The translations under genes were made by a program, and so were the position numbers. Below the pieces are notes generated by a model that made no database searches, was not told where the DNA came from, and saw nothing but the letters and a program-made list of their open reading frames with translations. Below, in pieces: positions 47,893 through 57,595 of a stretch of DNA of 64,000 nucleotides. Source of the DNA: Minisyncoccota bacterium (GTDB taxonomy: Bacteria; Patescibacteriota; Minisyncoccia; Phycocordibacterales; JABAAK01); assembly GCA_965222235.1 (NCBI GenBank), contig OZ244939.1, positions 184,585 to 248,584 on the forward strand, written 5' to 3'. Position 1 is the stretch's first letter; each line of letters opens with the position of its first letter.

Positions 47893-49400
47893 CTTCCTGA
47901 CTGTAACTCTGCTATTTGTCTTTTTATTCGTGTTATCTCTCTTATTAAGTAAGAGATTTTTTCTCTTTTTGCTCGCGCAGCCTGATAGGTTTCTATGTGT
48001 CTCCCTACTCCGCTATAAAAGGATTTTGGAAACGATCTTGTTGTCTCAGCAACAAAGCCTTTCAATCCTGTTGTAGCACTTACACCAAATATAGAAACGT
48101 TTCCGTTGCTAAGTTTTGTGAGTGTTGATGAGTACACTGCAGAAAAACTGTTGGAACCACTTGTAATGCCAGATATTTTTATATATTTGCCAATACCAGA
48201 AAAAACAGCACTCTCAAAAAATCTTGAACTAAGTCTTGCAAAATTAAACTCCTGATTCGGGTCCTTATGCATCTCCCATCCTTGCTCAATTGAATCTCTG
48301 ACTACACCACCAGCAGTGCCTGCAATGATAGCAGCTAGTAAAGAAGTACCTACTACCAGCCCTCCGGTAGTAGCACCTCCGGCTGTAGCTGCAATATATT
48401 TATACCCTTCAGAAACCTCACCGGCAATAACATCAGTAATCACCTGAGAACCTGCCCCTACTAATACACCAACTGTGACACCAATCGCTATATGCGCCAA
48501 CTCCCCATCCCTATCCTCATAGCGCAGAGGATTATTCATAGCATACGCATAGGTATGGTGTGCCTGAGGATTGGTAAGGTAGTCAAGAAACGATACGCCT
48601 GTTGCTGCCTCAAACGCCACCGGACCTCCTATGTATTCTATTACCGGATCTTTGGAGATAAACAGTCCTTTATTCGGATCGTAGTATCGAGCATTTCTGT
48701 AGATAAAGTCTGTTTCATCCGTTATATTCCCCGTATGGGTATAGAGTGAATCTGTTGTGGCTGTTTCCGTATGTTTTTCTCCGTAGGGGTAGTAGTCTAT
48801 TGTTTGGGTTACCGTTCCTTCTTTATTTATTCCCGCAATGGTACTTCCCAGTGCATCAGTGTAGAGATGGGTGTGCTGTGTTTTCTTGCATCGGGTGTCT
48901 TCTGTATTCGGGGATACAGTGACTGCTGTTTCATTTCCTCTTTTTACTACGATATTACCGTTTTCCGTTACCTTTGTATACTCTGTCTCCGGTGTGAGAG
49001 TGAAGAGGAGACTGGTTTGTGTGAGGAGACAAAGATCACTTACCCCGCTTACATTCTTGATACTTCCTATCACTTCTCCTTCGGCGAAGATGTGTGTTTC
49101 AATAGTACCGTTTTCAAGGGTGTAGTACGGATTTACAAAAACTGTACTACCTGTCCCCTTTGTTTCTTTCACCCGATTACCTTCATGATCATAGAGATAG
49201 GTGTAGGTGTCAGCTCCTTCGGTGATTGTTTTTACTCTGCCTTTGTAGTCCCAGGTAAGGGTGTTGGTTCCGTCTGTCAGGAAGTTTCCGTTTGTGTCAT
49301 AGGTCTGTGCCGCTGTGCCTACTGTAGTGGGCATGTGGGGGGTGGTGAAGGTTGTCTCATCGATTGTTCTACTCATCATATATCCTATTTCTATTTTCAT
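47889..49400 (-). CDS. Orphan RHS core plus alternative C-terminal domain (CT-A)
   Basis: YRNARYYDP..G.FISKDP, NNPLRYEDRDG; 5' part duplicated from the full RHS gene; start uncertain, may be silent. Confidence 0.85.
   Translation of the reverse strand: MKIEIGYMMSRTIDETTFTTPHMPTTVGTAAQTYDTNGNFLTDGTNTLTWDYKGRVKTITEGADTYTYLYDHEGNRVKETKGTGSTVFVNPYYTLENGTIETHIFAEGEVIGSIKNVSGVSDLCLLTQTSLLFTLTPETEYTKVTENGNIVVKRGNETAVTVSPNTEDTRCKKTQHTHLYTDALGSTIAGINKEGTVTQTIDYYPYGEKHTETATTDSLYTHTGNITDETDFIYRNARYYDPNKGLFISKDPVIEYIGGPVAFEAATGVSFLDYLTNPQAHHTYAYAMNNPLRYEDRDGELAHIAIGVTVGVLVGAGSQVITDVIAGEVSEGYKYIAATAGGATTGGLVVGTSLLAAIIAGTAGGVVRDSIEQGWEMHKDPNQEFNFARLSSRFFESAVFSGIGKYIKISGITSGSNSFSAVYSSTLTKLSNGNVSIFGVSATTGLKGFVAETTRSFPKSFYSGVGRHIETYQAARAKREKISYLIREITRIKRQIAELQSGR
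48479..49362. repeat. 884-bp direct repeat (RHS core), orphan copy
   Basis: Matches 50615-51498 at offset 2136; only three substitutions noticed. Confidence 0.93.
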
Positions 49401-50013
49401 CTACTGGGTAGTAATCTAGTATGACCCCTACTCTAAGAAAAGAAGAAAGGGGTAAGTAATGAAAATAATATTCTTGATCTGGTTTCGGTCTGAACGGGTG
49501 TAAAAATAAAAAGGTGTATAAACTGTTCCTTTCGCTTGCACTACCACCGATATTAAATTCGGGGTCTTTAATATAAATATGTGTTATCCAACCAAACCCA
49601 CCCTGACCAGACTTTTCAACCGTGTATACCTTTTTAATAGAAACATCTTCATGAGCTAAGGAAACAACAGTGTGTTTAATGACAGGAAGGACAGAGAATA
49701 AAACAAGAATAATCATAAGAGATTCTAAAATACGTAGTACGAGTAATGTTTTGGTTGGTTTCTTATTAAAATAAAGATAGGCATGTAATCTTTTTTTATT
49801 TTTTGTATATAGAAAGTAAATCGGTTTGCATAACTCAAACAAGCAAACAAAAAACATGGCAGTATAGAAATAGAAGTAGAAAATCCACGTTGATAGCCAT
49901 ATTGGTATGAAGTATTTCGGTACAAAGAGGACAATGAAAAGACCGATGCCGATATAGGTATAGATAGGGTGTTTCTTAAAAAATCTGATAATTTTTTTCA
50001 AAATGTTCTTCAT
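49369..50013 (-). CDS. Putative immunity protein B (about 3 TM plus C-terminal domain)
   Basis: ATGA overlap with RHS stop; paralog of 47248-47892. Confidence 0.7.
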   Translation of the reverse strand: MKNILKKIIRFFKKHPIYTYIGIGLFIVLFVPKYFIPIWLSTWIFYFYFYTAMFFVCLFELCKPIYFLYTKNKKRLHAYLYFNKKPTKTLLVLRILESLMIILVLFSVLPVIKHTVVSLAHEDVSIKKVYTVEKSGQGGFGWITHIYIKDPEFNIGGSASERNSLYTFLFLHPFRPKPDQEYYFHYLPLSSFLRVGVILDYYPVDENRNRIYDE

Positions 50014-53000
50014 CTTCTTGATTGTAGTGCTCTGATCCTTCTTTTTAATCTTGTTATTTCTTTTCGTAAGTAAGAGATTCTTTTCCTGATGCTTTGTGTC
50101 GTTATGTTGCTGTTATGTACACGTCTCTGAGTTCCTTCAAAAAAAGATTGAGGAAGTGATCGTGTTGTTTCAGCAACAAAGCCTTTTAATCCTGTTTTAG
50201 CACTCACATTAAGTATGGAAGCAGTGCCCCTACCAACTCGTGTGAGTGTTGATGAGTATGTTGAAGAAAAACTATGAGAACCTTTTGTGACATATGGAAT
50301 TTTTACAAATTTGCCGGCACCAGAAAGAAGAGAACTTCCTATTGTCCTAAAACCAAATCTCACAAAATTAAATTTCTGATCCTCGTTTTTATGCACCTCC
50401 CAACCTTGCTCAATTAAATCTCTCGTTGCCCCACCGGCACCTCCTGCAAGAAACAAACTGGCACCTCCTGTACCCGCTGCTATTGTCCCGGTAGTAGCAC
50501 CTCCAACCCCGGCAGCAACATAGCGGTAGGGATCAGAAACCTCTCCTGCGATGACATCAGCAACTACTTGAGAACCTATTCCTGCTAGTGCACCAATCGC
50601 AGCACCAATCGCAGCACCAATCGCTATATGCGCCAACTCCCCATCCCTATCCTCATAGCGCAGAGGATTATTCATAGCATACGCATAGGTATGGTGTGCC
50701 TGAGGATTGGTAAGGTAGTCAAGAAACGATACGCCTGTTGCTGCCTCAAACGCCACCGGACCTCCTATGTATTCTATTACCGGATCTTTGGAGATAAACA
50801 GTCCTTTATTCGGATCGTAGTATCGAGCATTTCTGTAGATAAAGTCTGTTTCATCCGTTATATTCCCCGTATGGGTATAGAGTGAATCTGTTGTGGCTGT
50901 TTCCGTATGTTTTTCTCCGTAGGGGTAGTAGTCTATTGTTTGGGTTACCGTTCCTTCTTTATTTATTCCCGCAATGGTACTTCCCAGTGCATCAGTGTAG
51001 AGATGGGTGTGCTGTGTTTTCTTGCATCGGGTGTCTTCTGTATTCGGGGATACAGTGACTGCTGTTTCATTTCCTCTTTTTACTACGATATTACCGTTTT
51101 CCGTTACCTTTGTATACTCTGTCTCCGGTGTGAGAGTGAAGAGGAGACTGGTTTGTGTGAGGAGACAAAGATCACTTACCCCGCTTACATTCTTGATACT
51201 TCCTATCACTTCTCCTTCGGCGAAGATGTGTGTTTCAATAGTACCGTTTTCAAGGGTGTAGTACGGATTTACAAAAACTGTATTATCTGTCCCCTTTGTT
51301 TCTTTCACCCGATTACCTTCATGATCATAGAGATAGGTGTAGGTGTCAGCTCCTTCGGTGATTGTTTTTACTCTGCCTTTGTAGTCCCAGGTAAGGGTGT
51401 TGGTTCCGTCTGTCAGGAAGTTTCCGTTTGTGTCATAGGTCTGTGCCGCTGTGCCTACTGTAGTGGGCATGTGGGGGGTAGTGAAGGTTGTCTCATCGGA
51501 GGTAAGATAAGTATAGTTGCCGACACCCGTTTTTGAGGTTATATTCCCTATCGCGTTGTATGTATAGCTTCTTGTGTAATTGTTTGATCCGTTATTGGTT
51601 ACTGTTGCACTAATGAGACGATTCATATTGTCATACGTGTATGCTTTGTTTACCGCTGTACCCGATGTGTTAGTATCAATCGTAGCAGTTATGTTACTGT
51701 CTCTGTCGTAGGTGTACTCAAGTTTTCTCGCAACAGCGATACTATTCCCCTTCACTTCCCTTATTGTCAGTCTTCCCGATGAATCGTATGTGTTTGTTTC
51801 TTTTGATCCGTTTGATCCGGTTTTTGTGTCAACCAGACCGAATACGTTGTAGGTAAGGGTTGTAAAGGGAGTATCGCTCACGGATACCGAAGAAACTCTG
51901 CCATTTTTTCCGTAGATGTTTTTAATAACAGTGCTGTTCGGAAGTGTTGTGGTGACTATGCCATTCTGTAAATTATGTGTATAGGTTGTTGTGTATGCGG
52001 TGCCGCTGATTGTTTTCACCTCTTCTTTCAGATTTCCTTCTTTATCGTATTTATAGGTCGCATTAACACTATCCGCTGAGGTAACAGAACAGATGCTTCC
52101 TTTTCCGTTCTCACAGGAATCGTATGTATACTGATAATCCGTTCCTGTAACAGATGCTCTGTCCTCCGTTAATGCCCTGCCGAGTGCATCATAGGTATAT
52201 GCTATAGCGGTTCCGTCCCGCTTTGTTTTTGATGTCAGGTACTCCTTGTTATACGCAAATTGCAGTGTCTTGTATGTCGTATCACTCGTGTGATGTAAAT
52301 CCTCAATGCTTGTGGTTCGTCCTATCATGTCATACTGTATACCACGGACATTATTCAACGCATCCTTCACTTTAATAATGCGATCCAATGGATCGTAGGT
52401 ATAGGTGGTGGTATGGGTGGAGGCACCGTCTATTTCATGCACCCTGTGCAGACGCCCGTAGCTGTCGTGTTCCAAACGTTTTTTCCTGTCCTCCGCCGAG
52501 GTAATTTCAACCGTATGCCCGTCATATGATGAAGTTGTTGTTCCGACCGGATTAACCACAGATACTATTCTGTTCAGCCCGTCATAGGTTGAGGAAGTGT
52601 TTGACGTGCCGGTTGGTGTTGTTGCATATGAACTTGTTGATGACTGGTACGGCATGTATTTTTTCTCAATCAGTCCCCGCTCGGTGTATGTTACATCCTC
52701 AGTATCAAACTTCGTGCCGTTAGATGTTTTTGTCTGTATTGTTCTGCCCAGACCGTCCATGTATGTCTGTCCGATTCTGGTTGCTGATCCGAAGTGCTCC
52801 CTCCTTTGCACTGAGTACGGACGATTTGTAAAGTTATACGAATAATCCGCCACTGTCTCTTTTGTACTTGCCCGTTTTTTCTTTATCGCCGTTATTCTGT
52901 CAATTCCGTCAAATTCGTAGTATATCTCAAAACCGTTCGGGTCTGTTATTTTTGTTACCTCTCCTGATGTTTCGTCGTATTCATACTGTGTGACATGTGA

Positions 53001-56000
53001 GAGTGGGTTGGTTTCCTGTGTCAGACGCAGTGAGTTGGTGTCATACGTATAGGTTGTTGTGTTGTTCAGGGAATCATTTTCCGTCAGCACCCGCCCTCTC
53101 GTGTTGTATGTGTAGGTTCTTTTTTGCTTTGTCGTGCCGTCTATCTTTCTCTTTTTTGTGAGCATATTCCCATTTGAGTCGTAGGTATACTCATTTTCAA
53201 CAATAATCACATCCGATGCATTTTTTATCGTTTCCTCGGACAGCAATGAAACTATATAATTGGTCGTGTCCGGCGTTTTGTAGGTGTACACTACCTTGCG
53301 CAATACGGCGGTTCCGCTCTTTTTTGTCTCAGTGAGCACATTACCGTATGTGTCGTAAGTGTATTCCGTGCTGTTTGAGTAGTCATCACCGAATGTTACA
53401 TTGCCGCTGCCGTATACCGTCTTTTTCTCTTTTGTCAGGTACATGTATGTGCTGTTTGTGCCGTTGCTGGTTTCCCCGTATGTGTATTCAATCTTTTCAA
53501 GAAGAATGTTCGACTCGCCTTCATTTACTGCCGCTTGGTATATTTCTTTCTTGTACGGAAGTCCTATTTTTGCATACGAGTCAGTCGGTTCCGCATTGGT
53601 GCTATTCTGCCCATTTCCCTGGTGGTAGTATATTTTTTCTTTTCTGTTTCCCCGTGTTCTCTCCACTGTTTCAAAACCGGCGAACTTTTTGTCAGACGGA
53701 CCGTTAAAGTAGTAATACCCGCCTGTGTACCCGAGAGTTTCCGTGTTGTCCGTGGCATATGTATCCGTATATGCAATTGAGGAGACGATGCGGAGGGGAA
53801 ACGGCACCCTGTTGGTTGTATCATGCACTCCGGCACCGGTGTACGATATATCAAAACTGCCGCCGTATTTGGTAGTGATTGTGTCTAATTCAAACGTGTT
53901 GTCAGCAATGAAGTATTTGTAGTCATATCCAAAATTTCTTCTCCCCACTCTTTGCTTTTTATAGTACACATCATTTATTCCGTCGCCGTTTACATCTATC
54001 ATGGCATTTACATATATATTTCCGTTTGAGTTTGATCCGGCATGTTCTAATATACCTGCATTCCTGAGAGCGTCGGTATATTTCTTACTGTATTGATACC
54101 CATCAATACCCTTACTCAAATAGACTCGGTATCCGTAGTTATGTGTTTTGGTTATATCTTTGATATTTCGATCAATATCTCTATCGTTATAAATATCGGT
54201 GACAATGAGGTCATACATACCATCCGTGTTTATATCCTTCCATGATCCGGCATATCTGTCAGTACTGAAGTTATTGTTTCCGTCGGCAAAATAAATTGTG
54301 GGGTAATTCAAGTAATCAATGTCCGCCGACCAGCCGAACCCATTATTGATTTTAGATCTACTTATATCAGCAAGACCGTCACCGTTGTAGTCAATAAGGA
54401 AGTTCGGAACTCGTAACCCGTAATAGGGACCGTGATAGGGATCCCCCCTGTTGTAGTACAGAATATACGGTACTGATATGGTGCTTGACTGTACCGGATT
54501 AAATCCGTCGGCGTTTAGAAACACAAGTGTTGTAGTGTAATCCCTCCATCCGCCACCACGAGTATGCCTATCATACCTCTTTGGAAATACATCCAACGTC
54601 CCATCTCCGTTTATATCACCCAGACCGTCAGCCCATGAGGAATGAAAGTCCCTGTTAATAGAGGTTCTGCTGAAGGTGTTGAGTGAGCCATTATTCTTGT
54701 ATATATAACTGTTAGTACTGCACCTCTTACATCTTCTTGTTATGACCTGAAGAAAATCAGGGTAATAATCGCCGTTCATATCAAACTTACCCTGAACGCT
54801 ATCAAATGTCGGAAACATATCGATTGCGGAGTTAAAACCGTTACCATTGTTCACCTGAGTATCATTTGTCGCCCCCAAGGAAACAACATCAGGCATACCA
54901 TCCCTTGTCGCATCTGCAAGACCTGACGGACCGGTAGATCCATAACTGCTGTTTTCCGTGTATGAAATAGTGTCAGTGTATCCAAACGTTGTTTTCGGTT
55001 CGGTTGTCCAATTGCCGTCTGCATCCTTGCCGTATTTGTACAACGCTTTGATAACATACGTGTATTTCAATTCATTGACAAGTTCAAGATCCTGTTTGTA
55101 TGAAAATAGTTTTTCCGTACCTTTGTAAAAGTCAATGCCGTTTATTATGTACTTCGTTTTTACCGGAAATCCTGTATTGAAAAGTTTTGTCTTATCATTT
55201 CTCCCCTGTTTGGTGAATTGGAGCGAATACACATATGATCCTCCGGAAGTATTTACATACTCTATCTTCTTCGGGTATATCTGCCCGTGGTCTTTGGTGT
55301 ATGTGTACTCTATCGTGTTGCCATTTGTATCTTCTATCTTTTCAAGCATCCATTTGAACGTTTCTGTTTCCCACTGTACCGTGCCGTCCTGACGCGCCTG
55401 CAGAGTTTCACCGAAGTAATACTTCGTACCGACGGTATCAGTTACTACCCAATAATCACCAATTTTCTCGTATTTTCTGAATGCTCCTTTTTCTGTCCTC
55501 GGCTTATACATCTCCGACTGTGTGGTACTCTTTGTTGTTGTTTCACTTATTTTGTATGTGTATACCTCACCCCCATCGTACCACCGGTTTCGGCGACTGT
55601 CAAACCTGGTAACTCCCGCAGCGATATATCCTCCGTCAAGAGATATTGATCGCGCAGAAAAATCACCTGTGATGTCGGGGGGAATTACTTTTCTCTCAAA
55701 TCCCCAGGTGCCGTCACTTTTCTCTTTATACACATAAAACATATACTTTCTATGTTCTGTATCCCTTGCGCCCACTGTTAAGGTGTCTCCGTCGAGCAAA
55801 ACACCCCATGAACCGAAAACAATGTTCGAGTGGCTGTCTGACGCTTTCAGTTTCACCGGATTACCCCATGTTCCGTCTGATTCTCTCGTGTATACATACA
55901 CCGCACCAGAGGATTCAATACCGGTACTCTCCCCACTCATACCGATTGCCAAGGTGTTTCCGTTGATTGCAACAGATGTGCCGAATGGGGTTTTTCCTAT

Positions 56001-57356
56001 TATGACTTGATTTTCATATTTTGTAGTATTGCCGGGCTTGCTTGCATTACCCCACCCTCCGTTCACATCCTCTTCGTATATAAATACTGCCGGACCGTTG
56101 CCTGTAGTAACTACAAGACGATTTCCTGCTAATGAAATACGATCTCCGAACTCTCCTGAAGTGTTGCGATTCCCATATCTGGCGCTCGGATACAGTGACT
56201 CTTTTTTTATCCACGAACCCGCATCATTCCGTTTATATACCTCAATATACCACCATGACTGTCTATCCCTCGCCTTCACCGCCAGTATGTCATCATCAAG
56301 GTATACGGTATCAGCAGACCGAACCTGAATTTCCGTTCTGTTTCCCCACACATCATTCGTCCCCCTTTTATACACAAATACCTTGTTACTTGAAACCGTG
56401 ACAGCCAAATAATCTCCTGATAGGGAAATATTTTCTCCGAAACTGGAATATGTGGCATCCGACAATCGTTGTAAAAAAGCCCACGAGCCGCTACTCTGCC
56501 TCTTGTATATATACACCACACCGTCTGCTCCATTTCTTTCGTTGTCGTCTAAGTCGTATGTAGGGGCACTCATAGCAAGGTAGTCCCCGTTTAGTGAAAC
56601 CCTTTGTCCGAACCGGCTGCTTGCTTTCCAATCGGTCGGCACAATTTTCTGTTTACTACCGATGGCATACTCCTTTACGGGATATGATGTAGACGATATA
56701 CTTGCCGTATTTTGTTTTACTATTTCACCGTCCAGTGATGAAATATAATCATCGTTTGTATATATTTTATTTGAACCCTTTTTTGTTGATCGCTCTATAT
56801 ATGGTATATCCACTTCCCAACCGTACCCGAATATGCCGTTATTCTTTTTGTTGGAACTCTTGAAAACAAGATTGTGCTGAGGAGTAAACCCGTTTCTCCC
56901 TTCGGGGACGGTAAGAGAGTATGAATAGGTGAGTGATCCGTCTAAATTGTCTATCAATGGGTGAATAACATTCCCTGATGATTTTATTGTTCCCGTTGTC
57001 CCGGATGAAGAGCCCGATGCCCCTGATGCCCCATCTTCAGTATCCTGATTATCAACATAATCGTCAGGCAACTCAAAGGACGGGTGAATGGGGCCCCCGC
57101 TATCAACAGAACCCTGAGCGGGAGGTTCCGGCAAATCACCGATTCCGTCATCCTCATCCGGCGATACGGTACCGCTCGGTCCGTCCTCTATCTGCCCTGA
57201 CGGTCCCGAAGTTTCACCCTGTGCATAAGAAACCAACGGGTTAAGGACAAGGAGCAGTGAAAGTGTAAAAGAAAGGAGTACCGATGATATTGAATGATAT
57301 CTCTTATTGCGAAACGGTACAATAGTATCAAGTGAACTATACGAACTGGTTACCAT
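50010..57356 (-). CDS. Giant SpvB/TcB-TcC-like RHS (YD-repeat) protein with FG-GAP propeller, putative polymorphic toxin
   Basis: Signal peptide (LVSYA-Q); SpvB-like VPEGRNG.TP...GIFGYGW; FG-GAP and DxNGDG repeats; KFAGF TcdB-mid motif; YD repeats; RHS core; start 57356 or 57374. Confidence 0.9.
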   Translation of the reverse strand: MVTSSYSSLDTIVPFRNKRYHSISSVLLSFTLSLLLVLNPLVSYAQGETSGPSGQIEDGPSGTVSPDEDDGIGDLPEPPAQGSVDSGGPIHPSFELPDDYVDNQDTEDGASGASGSSSGTTGTIKSSGNVIHPLIDNLDGSLTYSYSLTVPEGRNGFTPQHNLVFKSSNKKNNGIFGYGWEVDIPYIERSTKKGSNKIYTNDDYISSLDGEIVKQNTASISSTSYPVKEYAIGSKQKIVPTDWKASSRFGQRVSLNGDYLAMSAPTYDLDDNERNGADGVVYIYKRQSSGSWAFLQRLSDATYSSFGENISLSGDYLAVTVSSNKVFVYKRGTNDVWGNRTEIQVRSADTVYLDDDILAVKARDRQSWWYIEVYKRNDAGSWIKKESLYPSARYGNRNTSGEFGDRISLAGNRLVVTTGNGPAVFIYEEDVNGGWGNASKPGNTTKYENQVIIGKTPFGTSVAINGNTLAIGMSGESTGIESSGAVYVYTRESDGTWGNPVKLKASDSHSNIVFGSWGVLLDGDTLTVGARDTEHRKYMFYVYKEKSDGTWGFERKVIPPDITGDFSARSISLDGGYIAAGVTRFDSRRNRWYDGGEVYTYKISETTTKSTTQSEMYKPRTEKGAFRKYEKIGDYWVVTDTVGTKYYFGETLQARQDGTVQWETETFKWMLEKIEDTNGNTIEYTYTKDHGQIYPKKIEYVNTSGGSYVYSLQFTKQGRNDKTKLFNTGFPVKTKYIINGIDFYKGTEKLFSYKQDLELVNELKYTYVIKALYKYGKDADGNWTTEPKTTFGYTDTISYTENSSYGSTGPSGLADATRDGMPDVVSLGATNDTQVNNGNGFNSAIDMFPTFDSVQGKFDMNGDYYPDFLQVITRRCKRCSTNSYIYKNNGSLNTFSRTSINRDFHSSWADGLGDINGDGTLDVFPKRYDRHTRGGGWRDYTTTLVFLNADGFNPVQSSTISVPYILYYNRGDPYHGPYYGLRVPNFLIDYNGDGLADISRSKINNGFGWSADIDYLNYPTIYFADGNNNFSTDRYAGSWKDINTDGMYDLIVTDIYNDRDIDRNIKDITKTHNYGYRVYLSKGIDGYQYSKKYTDALRNAGILEHAGSNSNGNIYVNAMIDVNGDGINDVYYKKQRVGRRNFGYDYKYFIADNTFELDTITTKYGGSFDISYTGAGVHDTTNRVPFPLRIVSSIAYTDTYATDNTETLGYTGGYYYFNGPSDKKFAGFETVERTRGNRKEKIYYHQGNGQNSTNAEPTDSYAKIGLPYKKEIYQAAVNEGESNILLEKIEYTYGETSNGTNSTYMYLTKEKKTVYGSGNVTFGDDYSNSTEYTYDTYGNVLTETKKSGTAVLRKVVYTYKTPDTTNYIVSLLSEETIKNASDVIIVENEYTYDSNGNMLTKKRKIDGTTKQKRTYTYNTRGRVLTENDSLNNTTTYTYDTNSLRLTQETNPLSHVTQYEYDETSGEVTKITDPNGFEIYYEFDGIDRITAIKKKRASTKETVADYSYNFTNRPYSVQRREHFGSATRIGQTYMDGLGRTIQTKTSNGTKFDTEDVTYTERGLIEKKYMPYQSSTSSYATTPTGTSNTSSTYDGLNRIVSVVNPVGTTTSSYDGHTVEITSAEDRKKRLEHDSYGRLHRVHEIDGASTHTTTYTYDPLDRIIKVKDALNNVRGIQYDMIGRTTSIEDLHHTSDTTYKTLQFAYNKEYLTSKTKRDGTAIAYTYDALGRALTEDRASVTGTDYQYTYDSCENGKGSICSVTSADSVNATYKYDKEGNLKEEVKTISGTAYTTTYTHNLQNGIVTTTLPNSTVIKNIYGKNGRVSSVSVSDTPFTTLTYNVFGLVDTKTGSNGSKETNTYDSSGRLTIREVKGNSIAVARKLEYTYDRDSNITATIDTNTSGTAVNKAYTYDNMNRLISATVTNNGSNNYTRSYTYNAIGNITSKTGVGNYTYLTSDETTFTTPHMPTTVGTAAQTYDTNGNFLTDGTNTLTWDYKGRVKTITEGADTYTYLYDHEGNRVKETKGTDNTVFVNPYYTLENGTIETHIFAEGEVIGSIKNVSGVSDLCLLTQTSLLFTLTPETEYTKVTENGNIVVKRGNETAVTVSPNTEDTRCKKTQHTHLYTDALGSTIAGINKEGTVTQTIDYYPYGEKHTETATTDSLYTHTGNITDETDFIYRNARYYDPNKGLFISKDPVIEYIGGPVAFEAATGVSFLDYLTNPQAHHTYAYAMNNPLRYEDRDGELAHIAIGAAIGAAIGALAGIGSQVVADVIAGEVSDPYRYVAAGVGGATTGTIAAGTGGASLFLAGGAGGATRDLIEQGWEVHKNEDQKFNFVRFGFRTIGSSLLSGAGKFVKIPYVTKGSHSFSSTYSSTLTRVGRGTASILNVSAKTGLKGFVAETTRSLPQSFFEGTQRRVHNSNITTQSIRKRISYLRKEITRLKRRIRALQSRR
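50615..51498. repeat. 884-bp direct repeat (RHS core), main-gene copy
   Basis: Matches 48479-49362. Confidence 0.93.
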
Positions 57357-57498
57357 ATTAAAGAAACGGTACATACATGCAAACACTAATATTACTATGA
57401 TACCTTTTAAATTAACCCGCGACTCACTTTCCCACTTTGGAGGCGCCGACCCGGCGCGGTTGCGCCGCATATGATGCGGAGAAAAGACATGATGTTCC

Positions 57499-57595
57499 TT
57501 TTCCCACAATGTTTGTGTTACAATGCAATACATATGAAGGAGGGAAAAGAGTACATCCCGAGGTCGCAGGAACCAAAACCTTTCATGGAAGGAGC
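57499..57595 (+). repeat. 97-bp direct repeat, right copy
   Basis: Identical by eye to 46506-46602; continues into the intact ORF from 57534. Confidence 0.95.

Noticed and set aside
48479-51498. Diversity-generating retroelement TR/VR pair
   Set aside because: No reverse transcriptase in the window; the repeat is 884 bp with only about three differences, not all at adenines; an RHS orphan duplication explains it
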